A stretch of DNA of 64,000 nt from an uncultured virus (IMG/VR IMGVR_UViG_3300027832_001134). Its lineage: Duplodnaviria > Heunggongvirae > Uroviricota > Caudoviricetes. Of this stretch, positions 31,283-41,224 are shown in pieces (the first letter of the stretch is position 1; each line of letters opens with the position of its first letter). Both the position numbers and the translations under genes were made by a program. The stretch lies in the IMG/VR virus record IMGVR_UViG_3300027832_001134; one strand, written 5' to 3'. The notes below the pieces were generated by a model. That model searched no databases, was not told the DNA's origin, and saw only the letters and a program-made list of their open reading frames with translations.

Positions 31283-31311
31283 AAAAGAAGAAACCCGCCA
31301 CTAGGACGGGT
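31283..31311 (-). terminator. Intrinsic terminator-like hairpin upstream of the endolysin
   Basis: Minus strand ACCCGTC-CTAGT-GGCGGGT followed by TTCTTCTTTT. Confidence 0.55.
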
Positions 31312-31344
31312 ACAGGTTGTCAGGTGAATTGAGGCGGAGCGCCT

Positions 31345-31635
31345 TTACGGACCGCCGCCGAAGATCTTGAGCTTCAGAGCAATTCCGGCCAGGAGCGCCA
31401 GCATCACGCCAGTAGTGATCAGATGAACAGCCGTCTGAACGGCCGTGCGCCGCACGAAGCGGATGCAGTCCAGCAGCGAGCGCAGATCGCGAATATCGAG
31501 GGCCGCGTCCTTGCCGTCGATCCCGGCATCGGCCAGCGCACGTTTGGCCCCTGCTTCAGCAGCGCGCGTCAGCATGGTCTGGAATTCAATCTCGGACATG
31601 CGCATGTCGCCCTGTTCGGCGCGAGGTGGCGTCAT
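31345..31635 (-). CDS. DUF6127-like membrane protein (holin candidate)
   Basis: AAEAGAKRALAD..DIRDLRSLL with C-terminal TM helix; precedes the endolysin. Confidence 0.65.
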   Translation of the reverse strand: MTPPRAEQGDMRMSEIEFQTMLTRAAEAGAKRALADAGIDGKDAALDIRDLRSLLDCIRFVRRTAVQTAVHLITTGVMLALLAGIALKLKIFGGGP

Positions 31636-32627
31636 GACGAGACAATCCCGACTTCCGTCGGCAGCGCAGCCGTGGTCCAGGGCGTGCTGTCGGCCGGGTT
31701 CACATCCCATGTCGAATAGACGGGACTGGCCATATCCGGCGACGGCGTGCCGGGCGACGCGTCATAATCCACCCCGCCGATCCGAAGGAAACCTGCAATA
31801 CCGGTTGGTCCTGCTGTCCCGAGCTGAGCGAGCTGCTTCACATGCACGCCCGCGATGGCCGAAGCCCCGGCAGGCCCCGTTGGCCCCGCCAGTGAAAACG
31901 ACATGCGCTGACCGGCAATGTCGCTCGCCGCGCGCGTGGCAATGTCGCCGTCCTTCACCGCATCGACCCCACCCGAGAAGGCGTCATAGGTCGCGACCAG
32001 ATCGGGCGTGCGCCGCGCAAACCGCCGCCCGATGGTCGAAACGCCATCAAGCACCGCGATATGCGAGTAGTACCAGGTTGCGGGGTTGTAGAAATCGAAG
32101 AGGTAGAGGTTGCGCCAGACGCATCGGACGGGCCGTCCCTTACCAGCGGTGTTTGCGGCGGTTGCGCTGCTGTGGAGCACACCATCGACATAGAACTCGA
32201 TCGAGATGTCCGCGCCGACGGCGATCTTCACATCGATCCAGTAGGCCTGGTTCGTGGCCGCGACGAAGGAGGAAGCGCCGTCGACACTGGTGTCGCCAAC
32301 AGCCATGGCGCGGTACCTCTCATCGTCGCGCTCGGTCCGGACAAGGGCGACCTGCCGGTTCGCGGCGTCGTAGAACTCGAGGAAGATGCCGTCCTGCGCG
32401 ATGATATGAGCGTTGATCGACGGTGCTCGGTATCGGAATCCGACCCAGACATCGCCCGTTGGCTCCGCCCATGTGGCTGTGAACGGTACGGATGATCCGT
32501 TGTTCGCCGTGATCTTGACGGCGTTGACGTCATAGACGGGGTCGAAGCCCGCGGCATCGGCGCTGATCAATCCGGTCACCCCGGAAAGGTCAGTGACCTG
32601 GTGTCCAAGATGGAGAATGTGGCTCAT
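31632..32627 (-). CDS. Putative receptor-binding/tail-associated beta-sandwich protein
   Basis: Beta-rich, lectin-like (IEFYVDGVL); directly follows the tail tip gene. Confidence 0.6.
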   Translation of the reverse strand: MSHILHLGHQVTDLSGVTGLISADAAGFDPVYDVNAVKITANNGSSVPFTATWAEPTGDVWVGFRYRAPSINAHIIAQDGIFLEFYDAANRQVALVRTERDDERYRAMAVGDTSVDGASSFVAATNQAYWIDVKIAVGADISIEFYVDGVLHSSATAANTAGKGRPVRCVWRNLYLFDFYNPATWYYSHIAVLDGVSTIGRRFARRTPDLVATYDAFSGGVDAVKDGDIATRAASDIAGQRMSFSLAGPTGPAGASAIAGVHVKQLAQLGTAGPTGIAGFLRIGGVDYDASPGTPSPDMASPVYSTWDVNPADSTPWTTAALPTEVGIVSS

Positions 32628-35600
32628 GGGAGTACCTCGATATAGAGAGCGGCCTCGGCGGCCGTGAGACGGGACTGGCCGCCCCATTCGTTGAAGATGT
32701 CGATGTCCGGTATGGTGAGGCGCGCGTCACTGCCAAAGCCGATCCATATGGCGGCCTCGGCGATGGTCAGCAGCACCGCCCCGCCGCGATCAAGGAAGAT
32801 TACTGTGTCGGCGACCGTAAGACGCGCATCGGCCCCGATCTCGGTCCAGGCAGAGACTTCGGCCACCTTGATGCCGTCCGGCATGAAGAGCCGGATCGAA
32901 CGGGCCTGCCAAGCCTCGTAGGCGATCGTACCGGTCGTGCGGCGCGCCTGCACCCGGACCTCGAAATGTTTCGTGCCAGTGGGCGCTGCGAGGATCGGAA
33001 TATCCTCCTTGGTCAGCGTTATGCTGTTGGCGGCACCCACGTCTATCACGGCGGCGGGTGGCTCAAGCGTTGTGTCAGTATCAGGATCGACCCAGCGGAT
33101 CTCGACCGCATAGGTGACGCCGGGCTCCGGCCCGATGTCGCCCGCGTCATAGGCGTCGAACACGCTACTGGTCTGGGTCAGCCTGTCACGATGGGACCAG
33201 GTCAAAAGGACCGGCCCGAGGTTCAGGACGTTCGGGTTCACGACCGAGACGCCATTGCCGCGCAGATCACCGGGCGGAAGCGGCCGGATGGCGCGGCTGG
33301 CCAGTGTCACGGCATCTTCGGGGGCCTGCGCGAGCGGCAATGTCCCGAAACCGGTCTCGGGCAGCATCTTGATCGTGACCGTCTCTCCGGCCACAAACCC
33401 CGCCTCCGACGCATTCGCCAGCTGCTGCCAGCAGATCACCGGCATGCCCGCGATATGGGCTTGCGGGACAGTGTCCAGACAGCCGCGCCCGACGGTCAGC
33501 ACCGTTGCACTTACCCCGTCTATCCGGACCAGTTCATCTCCGATCGCGGCCAGCGTGCCGATGGCCACGTCCCCGAGCCCGGTCCAGCTGCCAACCACGA
33601 GGACGCTCTCGGCCGGGTCGTCACTGACGTCTGACACAAGCAGAGCGGTTGGCACGAACTCGACCGCCTCTTCCAGCGTGTACCCTGCGCCGCTGTCGCT
33701 CCAGACCTGCGCCGAGAGCGCATCGGCCGAAGGGCGTTCCCCGGCCGCGACGATCGCGCCGACATCGGGATCCTCATCGAGAAGCGCGTCGGCCTGCGCG
33801 TGCCCCAATTCCTGGACCAACAACCAGTATGGCGCTTCAGCCACCCAGCGGCGCGTCAGCGGCTTGGGCGGCAGGATCAGGCTGCCGGGATCGCCGCTTT
33901 CGCCGCCGACAAGGGCGGTCTCGCCAAGCGCGAAGACATCCTCGGCGACCCTGAGGCGCACGCCATTGGCGCGCCCGTCGCCATGGTCGATTTCGACGAT
34001 GCGGACCACGACGCCTTCGAGCCCGCGCCTCGGGTTTGATAGCACGATCACGTCGCCCGGATCGAGCTCGGCACCGACACGGGAGACCGTGATCTCGCCC
34101 GACAAGATCGGTGCGGAGAGTGCGCGCAAATCGCGTTCCGCGACCCGCACGGCAAGGGACTCGAAGCGAATGCCCGGGTAATCGACCGTCGCGCTGATCA
34201 CCTGACCGAGGTCCTGAACGAGCGCGGTGTCGGTCACGCTAACCGATCCGGTCTGGTCGGTGCGAGCGTCAGAGAACTTTGCGGTGACTGAGTTCACGAG
34301 ATCAGCGGCCTCGCGGCGGCCGAGCTCACCCCAGTCAACGACATTGGTCTCGTCGAAGACCGGCAGGGTCTCGGGATCATAATCAGCGCGGATCAGGCGC
34401 AACTCCCAGCGACCCGAGCGACGGTCAACATAGAGATAGGCGTCGATGTGCTTCAGCACGTCTGCGATGAAGTCCTCGATGGTCGACTCCCGCTGCCAGA
34501 GCAGCGACAACCCGAAGCCCTCTGAGAAAAGCGCGTCCGCAGCGACAGCGAAGCTGGGGCCAATATCGGTGAAGGTATGCCCGAGACCCCAATCCCCGTT
34601 GGTCAGACTTTCCCGGATGATATGGGCCGGGTTCATGTCAGGGCCTTGCCCGAAGGCTGCGCGCAGCAAGGCGACCAGTGCATCAGGATCGCCGGGCGGC
34701 ACGACCGGCACGCCATCAACCGGCGTGTTGTCAATCTGGGCCGTGGCACTGGTGTCCGAGAGCGCGATGTTGAAGGCGAAGACATCGACCTCCGAGATGC
34801 CTGCGAGCGTTGCGATCGCGGTTTGAAGGGTTGAGGCCGGGCTCGGCTCACCGTCGGTGACGAAGATCAGGATGCGTCGTTTGCCGCCGGAGCCGTTGAA
34901 AAACGTCCCCGCCTGGCTGACGGCGACGCCGAAATCCGTGCCGCCGCTCACGGAGCTTGAGAGCGCATCGACCCAGTCCTTGAGCTCGCCGTAGGCCGTG
35001 GCATCGGCGTCGCGCCGCAGGATCGTGCCGGACACAGTGGAGTTCCAGGTGACGATCTGGACGTCGTTGGGCTCCAGGGCATTCTCGCCAATCTCTTCCA
35101 CCAGACGCGAGACCGCGGCGATCTGCGCCGCCATGCGCGATCCCGACATCGAGCCCGAGGCGTCCATGGCGATATAAATGGCGGCATCTCCGATCCGGAC
35201 TTCCGGTACGATCTGCGCCTTCTCGGGATACCATTGTTGGCCGCCATCCTCAGCTTTCAGGATCCGCGTCAGGCGGACCGACCATGGCTTGAGGTAGGGA
35301 TTGAGGCCAAGAAACACCTGCCGCAGCACCAGCGAACAAATCCCGCGATAGCCCGGCACATCGGCACCGGCATTGGCGGCGAGATAGTCGTTCTGCGCCT
35401 GGCTCGGCGCACCCATCAGCACGTCGATGTCGCCGACGATCCCGCCTTCGCGCTTCTCGCCGCCGAAGAGATCGGGCTTGTTGATCCGGATGCGTCCGCC
35501 TGCAGCGCCGCCGTTCAGGCTTGGTACGCTGGCCGCGTCCGACACCGCCACCGATTGGGCCGAGAACGCCGTGGCGGCGGGCTCGACGAGCCAGGTGGTG

Positions 35601-35965
35601 ATGCCAGTGCCCGCAGCATAGCTCACAGCCTGGACCGTCACGGTGCGGGTCGCATTATCCGCCAGAAGCTGCAGGTCATAGCTCTGGCCGAGCCGAATGC
35701 CGCTGAGTGTGCCTGGGAACCGGACCTCGGCCACGCTGTCGCCCTCTGCGGCCGCGGTGGCGGACATGCCGGTGACGGTGCCATAGCTCGTCAACGCGCC
35801 GACACCGGTTCCTTGCGACGTGCTCTGACCCGTTCCAATCGACCAGGCCGTGCGGCCATCGACCCTGATCTCGCGGATCGCATCCACGGGCCCGTGACAG
35901 AGCGCTAGATGCGCCCCGAGCGAATAGCGATAGCCGACGGTTTGCGACTTCGAACGGCCGCCCAT
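32624..35965 (-). CDS. Tail tip/central tail protein with VWA insert
   Basis: GYRYSLG..CHGPVD, LFGGEKREGG, DMNPAHII, WSHRDR; VWA DASGS. Confidence 0.85.
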   Translation of the reverse strand: MGGRSKSQTVGYRYSLGAHLALCHGPVDAIREIRVDGRTAWSIGTGQSTSQGTGVGALTSYGTVTGMSATAAAEGDSVAEVRFPGTLSGIRLGQSYDLQLLADNATRTVTVQAVSYAAGTGITTWLVEPAATAFSAQSVAVSDAASVPSLNGGAAGGRIRINKPDLFGGEKREGGIVGDIDVLMGAPSQAQNDYLAANAGADVPGYRGICSLVLRQVFLGLNPYLKPWSVRLTRILKAEDGGQQWYPEKAQIVPEVRIGDAAIYIAMDASGSMSGSRMAAQIAAVSRLVEEIGENALEPNDVQIVTWNSTVSGTILRRDADATAYGELKDWVDALSSSVSGGTDFGVAVSQAGTFFNGSGGKRRILIFVTDGEPSPASTLQTAIATLAGISEVDVFAFNIALSDTSATAQIDNTPVDGVPVVPPGDPDALVALLRAAFGQGPDMNPAHIIRESLTNGDWGLGHTFTDIGPSFAVAADALFSEGFGLSLLWQRESTIEDFIADVLKHIDAYLYVDRRSGRWELRLIRADYDPETLPVFDETNVVDWGELGRREAADLVNSVTAKFSDARTDQTGSVSVTDTALVQDLGQVISATVDYPGIRFESLAVRVAERDLRALSAPILSGEITVSRVGAELDPGDVIVLSNPRRGLEGVVVRIVEIDHGDGRANGVRLRVAEDVFALGETALVGGESGDPGSLILPPKPLTRRWVAEAPYWLLVQELGHAQADALLDEDPDVGAIVAAGERPSADALSAQVWSDSGAGYTLEEAVEFVPTALLVSDVSDDPAESVLVVGSWTGLGDVAIGTLAAIGDELVRIDGVSATVLTVGRGCLDTVPQAHIAGMPVICWQQLANASEAGFVAGETVTIKMLPETGFGTLPLAQAPEDAVTLASRAIRPLPPGDLRGNGVSVVNPNVLNLGPVLLTWSHRDRLTQTSSVFDAYDAGDIGPEPGVTYAVEIRWVDPDTDTTLEPPAAVIDVGAANSITLTKEDIPILAAPTGTKHFEVRVQARRTTGTIAYEAWQARSIRLFMPDGIKVAEVSAWTEIGADARLTVADTVIFLDRGGAVLLTIAEAAIWIGFGSDARLTIPDIDIFNEWGGQSRLTAAEAALYIEVLP

Positions 35966-35966
35966 T

Positions 35967-36185
35967 TTAAGTCTCGCTCGCGGTGCGCGCGGCGCGTTTT
36001 TCTGCCTCTGCGATCACCCGGACAGCCAAAACGTCGCCAGTCGCGGCCAGCACGTCGGCGGGCAGCCCATCTGCGAGGAAGGCCTGCCAGTCGAGACCAT
36101 GGCGGCGGAACCACGGCCGCGCGCCCTGAAAGCAGAGCCGGGAGGCGCGCAGGTCCTGCACGGTAACGATTAGATCTTCGCTCAT
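35967..36185 (-). CDS. Small tail assembly protein
   Basis: CFQGARPWFRRHGLDWQAFLADG family in the tail tip cluster. Confidence 0.75.
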   Translation of the reverse strand: MSEDLIVTVQDLRASRLCFQGARPWFRRHGLDWQAFLADGLPADVLAATGDVLAVRVIAEAEKRAARTASET

Positions 36186-36430
36186 TTCTTGCCGCCCTTC
36201 TTGCGGATCGGATCGACCTTGAGATCCCCGGCCCAGACGACATTCGGGCCACGCAGCAGCATGGTGCCGAAGACCACAGGGATCGGACGGCCTTCCTCGG
36301 CCGTCGGCAGGTCGAAATCATCTAGCCCGGCTGCCTTTGGGGCCTCGACTTTCGGCTTGGGCGAAAGCGCATAGGAGATCGCCGTCAGCACGAGGCTGGC
36401 GACGATCTGGACGACAAAGTTCCAGACCAT
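36182..36430 (-). CDS. Small tail tip protein
   Basis: PTAEEGRPIPVVFGT..NVVWAGDL. Confidence 0.78.
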   Translation of the reverse strand: MVWNFVVQIVASLVLTAISYALSPKPKVEAPKAAGLDDFDLPTAEEGRPIPVVFGTMLLRGPNVVWAGDLKVDPIRKKGGKK

Positions 36431-36450
36431 GATGGGTTCTCAGATTTGGG

Positions 36451-37299
36451 TCAGACGATGCTGGTGCCGCCAAACGGGTTGCGGCCGGGAATGTCGGGAA
36501 AGCCGCCGAAGTTCAGGAGATTGCCGAACTTGGCCTTGCAGGTGTCGCGCCGCAGATCACAGCCGGGGGCGATCTCGACGAGCGCCAGGGCTTCGGGATC
36601 ATCAATGGCCGCCTCCAGATCGGGCATGCGGCCGGAAAGCGTCAGTGCATCTCCCACATGCCCGGTGATGAAACCCAGAAGGCCCGCGTGGCGCAGCACA
36701 CCGCCCCGGAACCAGCCGTTTGGCAGCAACGCGACCTCCGGGACGGTGATCGTGAGGCCCTGATGCGCGCTTGCTGTGCCGCCCACAAAAAAGGTCTCGA
36801 TGTCGAGGCGGCAGCCCCGGGAATAGAGCGCATGACGGCAAAGGCGCTGGTACTTCGCGCGCACGCCTTCGCGACGCATGGATGTGAACAGAGATTCACA
36901 GCGAAGGGTGATGCGCCGCCCCTCGACCCGGGCCGAGACGACCCGGCCCTTCCAATGCGCGACCACCTCCGTTGGCACCTGCTCGTGGCCGCGAAAGATG
37001 GTGAGCGTCGTGACCGCTCGGCCGCGGGGGCCGAGATAACGGCGCGCGAAGGGATCGGAGAGCGGAAAGGTGACGCTGAGATCAACACGGCGAGGATCGC
37101 TGCTCTGGACAACGGAGCCGTGGCTGACCGCTGAAGCGTCCCAGATCAGATCCTCAGTCTCATCGGCGATGGTACCTGCTGGCGAGGTCCAGGCCGCCGC
37201 TCGGCTGGTGAAGCGCCAGACCTGATCGCCTTCCGCGAACAGATACAGGAAATACGGCCGCCCTTCGGCGGTCGAGGTCTCGGCAAGATCATAGGTCAT
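36451..37299 (-). CDS. BR0599/DUF2163-family tail hub protein (gpL-like)
   Basis: CRHALYSRGC and PGCDLRRDTCKAKFGNLLNFGGFP Cys motifs. Confidence 0.88.
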   Translation of the reverse strand: MTYDLAETSTAEGRPYFLYLFAEGDQVWRFTSRAAAWTSPAGTIADETEDLIWDASAVSHGSVVQSSDPRRVDLSVTFPLSDPFARRYLGPRGRAVTTLTIFRGHEQVPTEVVAHWKGRVVSARVEGRRITLRCESLFTSMRREGVRAKYQRLCRHALYSRGCRLDIETFFVGGTASAHQGLTITVPEVALLPNGWFRGGVLRHAGLLGFITGHVGDALTLSGRMPDLEAAIDDPEALALVEIAPGCDLRRDTCKAKFGNLLNFGGFPDIPGRNPFGGTSIV

Positions 37300-38417
37300 C
37301 CAGGAATCTCAATCAGGCTTGCCGCGAACTCAGTCCGGCCCGCAAAATGCTCCAGTTCGATCCGATCGGTATCGAGCCGCACCTTGGTAATCAGATGGAT
37401 CGGTGTAGTGACGGGAATGTTCTTGCCCGGCGCTGCGATGGTCAGCTTGAGCCCGAGCGCGTCATAGACGGCGTTTGTGATCTGGCGGAACACCGGGCCG
37501 GAGGCGACATCGAACAACACATGCCGTCCGATCCAGACGCCGGGATCGGCGCTGGCCGCGACGATCACGGAGGTGGCCGAGGACGTGAGAGGTGCCTGCA
37601 GGACCAACTCCCGCCCCCAGGTCGGAAGCCAGAACGCGCGTTGGCGGCCACGCAGAGAATAAAGCCAGCGGCGGCGCGACCAACGCCTAGCACCCCGGTC
37701 GATCAATGTGATGGTCGAGCGGCGCTGGACATGGGTCAGCACGGGTTCGATCACGATGGGACCGAAGCCGTTGTCGATGTATTCGACGGATTGCGCGATA
37801 CTCTCCGCCAGCGGTTGGCGCAGCACGGCCGGATCGGTCAGCACATCCAGACCCAGATGGGTCGCGTAGCTGCTGGCAGACAGGTCGGTCCCAGTTTGCA
37901 GGGTGAAGGTCGCCGTGACCGTTCCCAGCCCCTGGCGCCGCCGGTCGATCTCGAGGGGTCGCGTCAGGATCCCGATGCCCACCGGGGTCACAATCGGATG
38001 CTCAAGGCTAACGCCCGCAGGCGCGGCCAGCTCCAACCGGTCTGGCAGGACCGCGCTGACCTCGACGAGAAATGCCTCCCCGCCGTCGGCTGCGATGACG
38101 GCCTGTCCTGGTGCTTCGAACGCTCCCTCGCCGGTATCGACGAATACAGTGATGTCGGCGGCATCAACCGGCACAGTGGACGGGCGTGCAAGGTGCCAGA
38201 GCGGCACCGTCCACTTATCGACCAATCCCGCCCGGGCAAGCTCGGCCGCGCGCGCGAGGTCACTGGCATTGAGGAGATGCGAGACCGTCAGGATCGACCG
38301 CGGCAACGTGCGCAGCGCGATCCTCTGTTCGGCCGACTCGGTGATCAGGGTGTCGGTGTTCCATTCGAGCACTTCGGTCACGGGCTGGCGTACCGGGAAA
38401 AGCCAGAGATCAGGCAT
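37296..38417 (-). CDS. Distal tail-type protein
   Basis: EVLEWNTD..EQRIALR..LRGRQRAFWLPTW; follows the tape measure gene. Confidence 0.72.
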   Translation of the reverse strand: MPDLWLFPVRQPVTEVLEWNTDTLITESAEQRIALRTLPRSILTVSHLLNASDLARAAELARAGLVDKWTVPLWHLARPSTVPVDAADITVFVDTGEGAFEAPGQAVIAADGGEAFLVEVSAVLPDRLELAAPAGVSLEHPIVTPVGIGILTRPLEIDRRRQGLGTVTATFTLQTGTDLSASSYATHLGLDVLTDPAVLRQPLAESIAQSVEYIDNGFGPIVIEPVLTHVQRRSTITLIDRGARRWSRRRWLYSLRGRQRAFWLPTWGRELVLQAPLTSSATSVIVAASADPGVWIGRHVLFDVASGPVFRQITNAVYDALGLKLTIAAPGKNIPVTTPIHLITKVRLDTDRIELEHFAGRTEFAASLIEIPG

Positions 38418-40893
38418 CGAGACCTCCCCGGTTGCGCCGGATCACGTTGACGATCAGCCGCTCGCCCGCAGGCGTTGCCAGATAATCGCCGACAATGGAG
38501 GGATCGAGCACATTGACGATGCGGGTCGCGGACTGCGCGGACTGACCTTCACCGCTCGTCTCGACGCCGAGCCGACCGCCCCGACCTCGTCGCAGCGGCA
38601 GGATGGCTTCCGGGCCTGCCTCGCCCATCAGCCCGATCCCGCGCGCAAAGGGAAATACGGTCGGACGCGAAACCACGCCACCGTTGGCAAAGGCTGTGAT
38701 TTCGCCAGCCTGCCCAAAGGCACCGCCCCGCGCGAAGGTGCCGCCCATGCCGAACAGACCTCCAAGCGCGCTGGTCAGCCAGCCAAAGAGACCGCCACCG
38801 CCGCCGCCCGACCCGGACAGAGCCCGGAAAAGTGCGTCCTCGATCGGCTTGAAGGCGGTATCGATCAGCCTGTTGGCAAGGTTTTGGGCGATCCCGGATA
38901 TTGCGCTCGCGAAACTCTGCCAGCTGAGTTCGCCCGACTTCAGCGCGTCCTTGATCGGCCCGGTGATGTCATCCGCCAATCCCCGCGCGATCTCCTGTGT
39001 GCGCTCAACGGCAGCACGGGCCGCGTCCCAGGACTGGCGCGCGACATCGGCGGCGCTTTGCAGCGCACCTCCCGCACGACCGGCCGCAGCCGCTGTTTCA
39101 TCGAGCGTAGCTGACGGGCCACCGGTTTCATCTTCGGCCAAAGCAGCGTCGAAGCGATCCGCAGCTGCCGTGGCTCCGTCGAGGGAGGTCTCGGCTTCGG
39201 TTCCGGCCGCACGCATCGCCATGCGTAATGTCTCCATCGCTTCGAGCGGCTGTAGGGCGCCATCGGCGAGCGTCGCGGCAGTCTGCCTCCAGGCCTCGGC
39301 TGAGGCGGCGGCGTCATTGGCGGCCCCTGTCAGTCCGAGATCCGGCACCGCCAGCGGGTTGTCCGCAAACGCACCGGCAAAAGCATCTTGCGCTGCGTTG
39401 GCCGCTTGGGTCGCAGCGCCTGCAAAGCGGTTCTCGAGCTGCCCCAGATCGAGATCGGCAATAAGGCCGATCCGTCGCTCAACGCCAAGCGCTTCAAGCC
39501 CGGAATTCACGCCATCAATGAAACCGTTGATCCGGGAGACAACGCCGTTCAGCATTGCCTCGACGCCTTCAATCAGGCTGTTTGCCGCCTGAAACGCGAG
39601 ATCGCCGATGGCGGCAGGCAATAGCCCCCAGACGGCTTTGATCGCCTCAAAAGCCCCCTCAAAACTGTTCACGGCCGCATTGGCAAAACCGACGACGCCC
39701 TCGAGCGCGCCCTGCATCGCGGCAGCCGACGCTGCGTGCAGGTCCGCAAAAGCCGCCATCGCAGAAGCCGCAAAGCTTGCAGCCCCCATCTTGATGCGCT
39801 CCCAAACCTCGCTCACGAGATTGCCCAGCAGTGCCATTGCATTGCCAAAGCCGCCTGCGCCGGAGACAAGCTGGCCGAATTGGTAAATCAACTCACCTGC
39901 GCCAACGATCAGCGCGCCGATCCCGGTGCGGATCAGCGCTCCGCGCATCACAACCAGTGCCGTCGCAAGGCCGCGTACGGAAATCGCCGCAGCCGCCATT
40001 CCGGCCACCCAGCGCCCCGCCAGGAGAGCCGCAAAGGTCGCGGCGTAGGTGGTCAGACGGCCGATGTTGTCGAACAGACCCCGGATCGCAACCCCCAGCG
40101 GCCCTGTGCGACTGGCCACGGACGCCATGGCATTCGCCACCGCTTCGAGCGCGGGGGCCGCGGCCACCGCCAGCTGGTTCGACAGCCCACGCCAGACGAG
40201 GCCAAGGCGCGAGATCGCGTCGTTGGTGCGCTTGATCTGGTCTGCATCCTGCTCGGAAACAACGACACCGAAGGCGAGAACATCCTCGGTCGCCTGGCGC
40301 AGCGTTGCCGTGTCGATCCGGCTCATGGCGATGGAGCCTTCCTCGCCGAACAGCTGACCCGCAACGGCGGCGCGTTCGGCTGCGGGCACAAATTCCTCGA
40401 TGGCCGCGTTGATCGCCCCCACTCGCTGATCCAATGGCAGGGCAATCAAGTCGGTGGCAGACAGTCCCAGCCTCTCCAGCGCGTCGGCGGCGGGGCCAGA
40501 CCCGGCAGCCGCTTGGCTCAGCCGTCGCGTCAGATCCTTGGTCGCCTGTTCGATGCCGGATATGGAGACACCGGCCAGTTCGCCAGCACGCTCGAGAGTC
40601 TGGATCGAGGCCACCGTCGTGCCCAACGATTGCGCCAGCTTGGCCTGTGCATCGACGGTCTGCAGCCCCGAGCGGACCATAGCGACGCCAGCAGCAGCGG
40701 CTGCGACGACTGCAGCGGCAGCGGCAATCCGGACACGGCGGGAAAACGCCGCGAGCCGGGTGTTAGCAGCTTCCATTTCCCTGCTGAGCCGCCCGAACCC
40801 GCGAGCACCGGCTTCGCCCACGCCTTCCAGTTCGGCGCGCACCTGTCGGCCGCCAACTGCCGCCAAGCGGACAGAAACGCGCTTTTCAGCCAT
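38410..40893 (-). CDS. Tail tape measure protein
   Basis: Long Ala-rich helical ORF; C-terminal FANGGVV..MGEAGPEAILPL. Confidence 0.92.
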   Translation of the reverse strand: MAEKRVSVRLAAVGGRQVRAELEGVGEAGARGFGRLSREMEAANTRLAAFSRRVRIAAAAAVVAAAAAGVAMVRSGLQTVDAQAKLAQSLGTTVASIQTLERAGELAGVSISGIEQATKDLTRRLSQAAAGSGPAADALERLGLSATDLIALPLDQRVGAINAAIEEFVPAAERAAVAGQLFGEEGSIAMSRIDTATLRQATEDVLAFGVVVSEQDADQIKRTNDAISRLGLVWRGLSNQLAVAAAPALEAVANAMASVASRTGPLGVAIRGLFDNIGRLTTYAATFAALLAGRWVAGMAAAAISVRGLATALVVMRGALIRTGIGALIVGAGELIYQFGQLVSGAGGFGNAMALLGNLVSEVWERIKMGAASFAASAMAAFADLHAASAAAMQGALEGVVGFANAAVNSFEGAFEAIKAVWGLLPAAIGDLAFQAANSLIEGVEAMLNGVVSRINGFIDGVNSGLEALGVERRIGLIADLDLGQLENRFAGAATQAANAAQDAFAGAFADNPLAVPDLGLTGAANDAAASAEAWRQTAATLADGALQPLEAMETLRMAMRAAGTEAETSLDGATAAADRFDAALAEDETGGPSATLDETAAAAGRAGGALQSAADVARQSWDAARAAVERTQEIARGLADDITGPIKDALKSGELSWQSFASAISGIAQNLANRLIDTAFKPIEDALFRALSGSGGGGGGLFGWLTSALGGLFGMGGTFARGGAFGQAGEITAFANGGVVSRPTVFPFARGIGLMGEAGPEAILPLRRGRGGRLGVETSGEGQSAQSATRIVNVLDPSIVGDYLATPAGERLIVNVIRRNRGGLDA

Positions 40894-41224
40894 TGGAATG
40901 ATCCATCTGTTCGTTAAGTTTTGCGACCATCACCGCCTCGACGGCGGGCAGAAGTTCGGCCATCGCCAGAGGCGGGATTCCGAGGGCATCACCAAGCGCC
41001 AGTGCCGCTGCCATATCCCAGCCGATCACCGCGCCCGGCAGCATGCGAAGTTGGCCGCCGAGGCGACCGATCAGGTCCCAGACCTGCCAGCCCTCAAAGG
41101 TCGCAGGCCGGTTCAGCCGCGCCGGGCAGGTTTTGCACGTCGCTTCGCACGCTTCGCTGGGTTCGCAACCCTCGCAGTATCGCTCGCCCCCGCCGAAGGA
41201 CCACTCGGCGAGAGCGCGGAGACG
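40886..41224 (-). CDS. Tail assembly chaperone gpT part (reached by -1 frameshift)
   Basis: -1 frame after A AAA AAC reads RLRALAEWSFGGG..EGWQVWDL..AELLPAVE to stop at 40886. Confidence 0.75.
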   Translation of the reverse strand, partial: RLRALAEWSFGGGERYCEGCEPSEACEATCKTCPARLNRPATFEGWQVWDLIGRLGGQLRMLPGAVIGWDMAAALALGDALGIPPLAMAELLPAVEAVMVAKLNEQMDHSNG

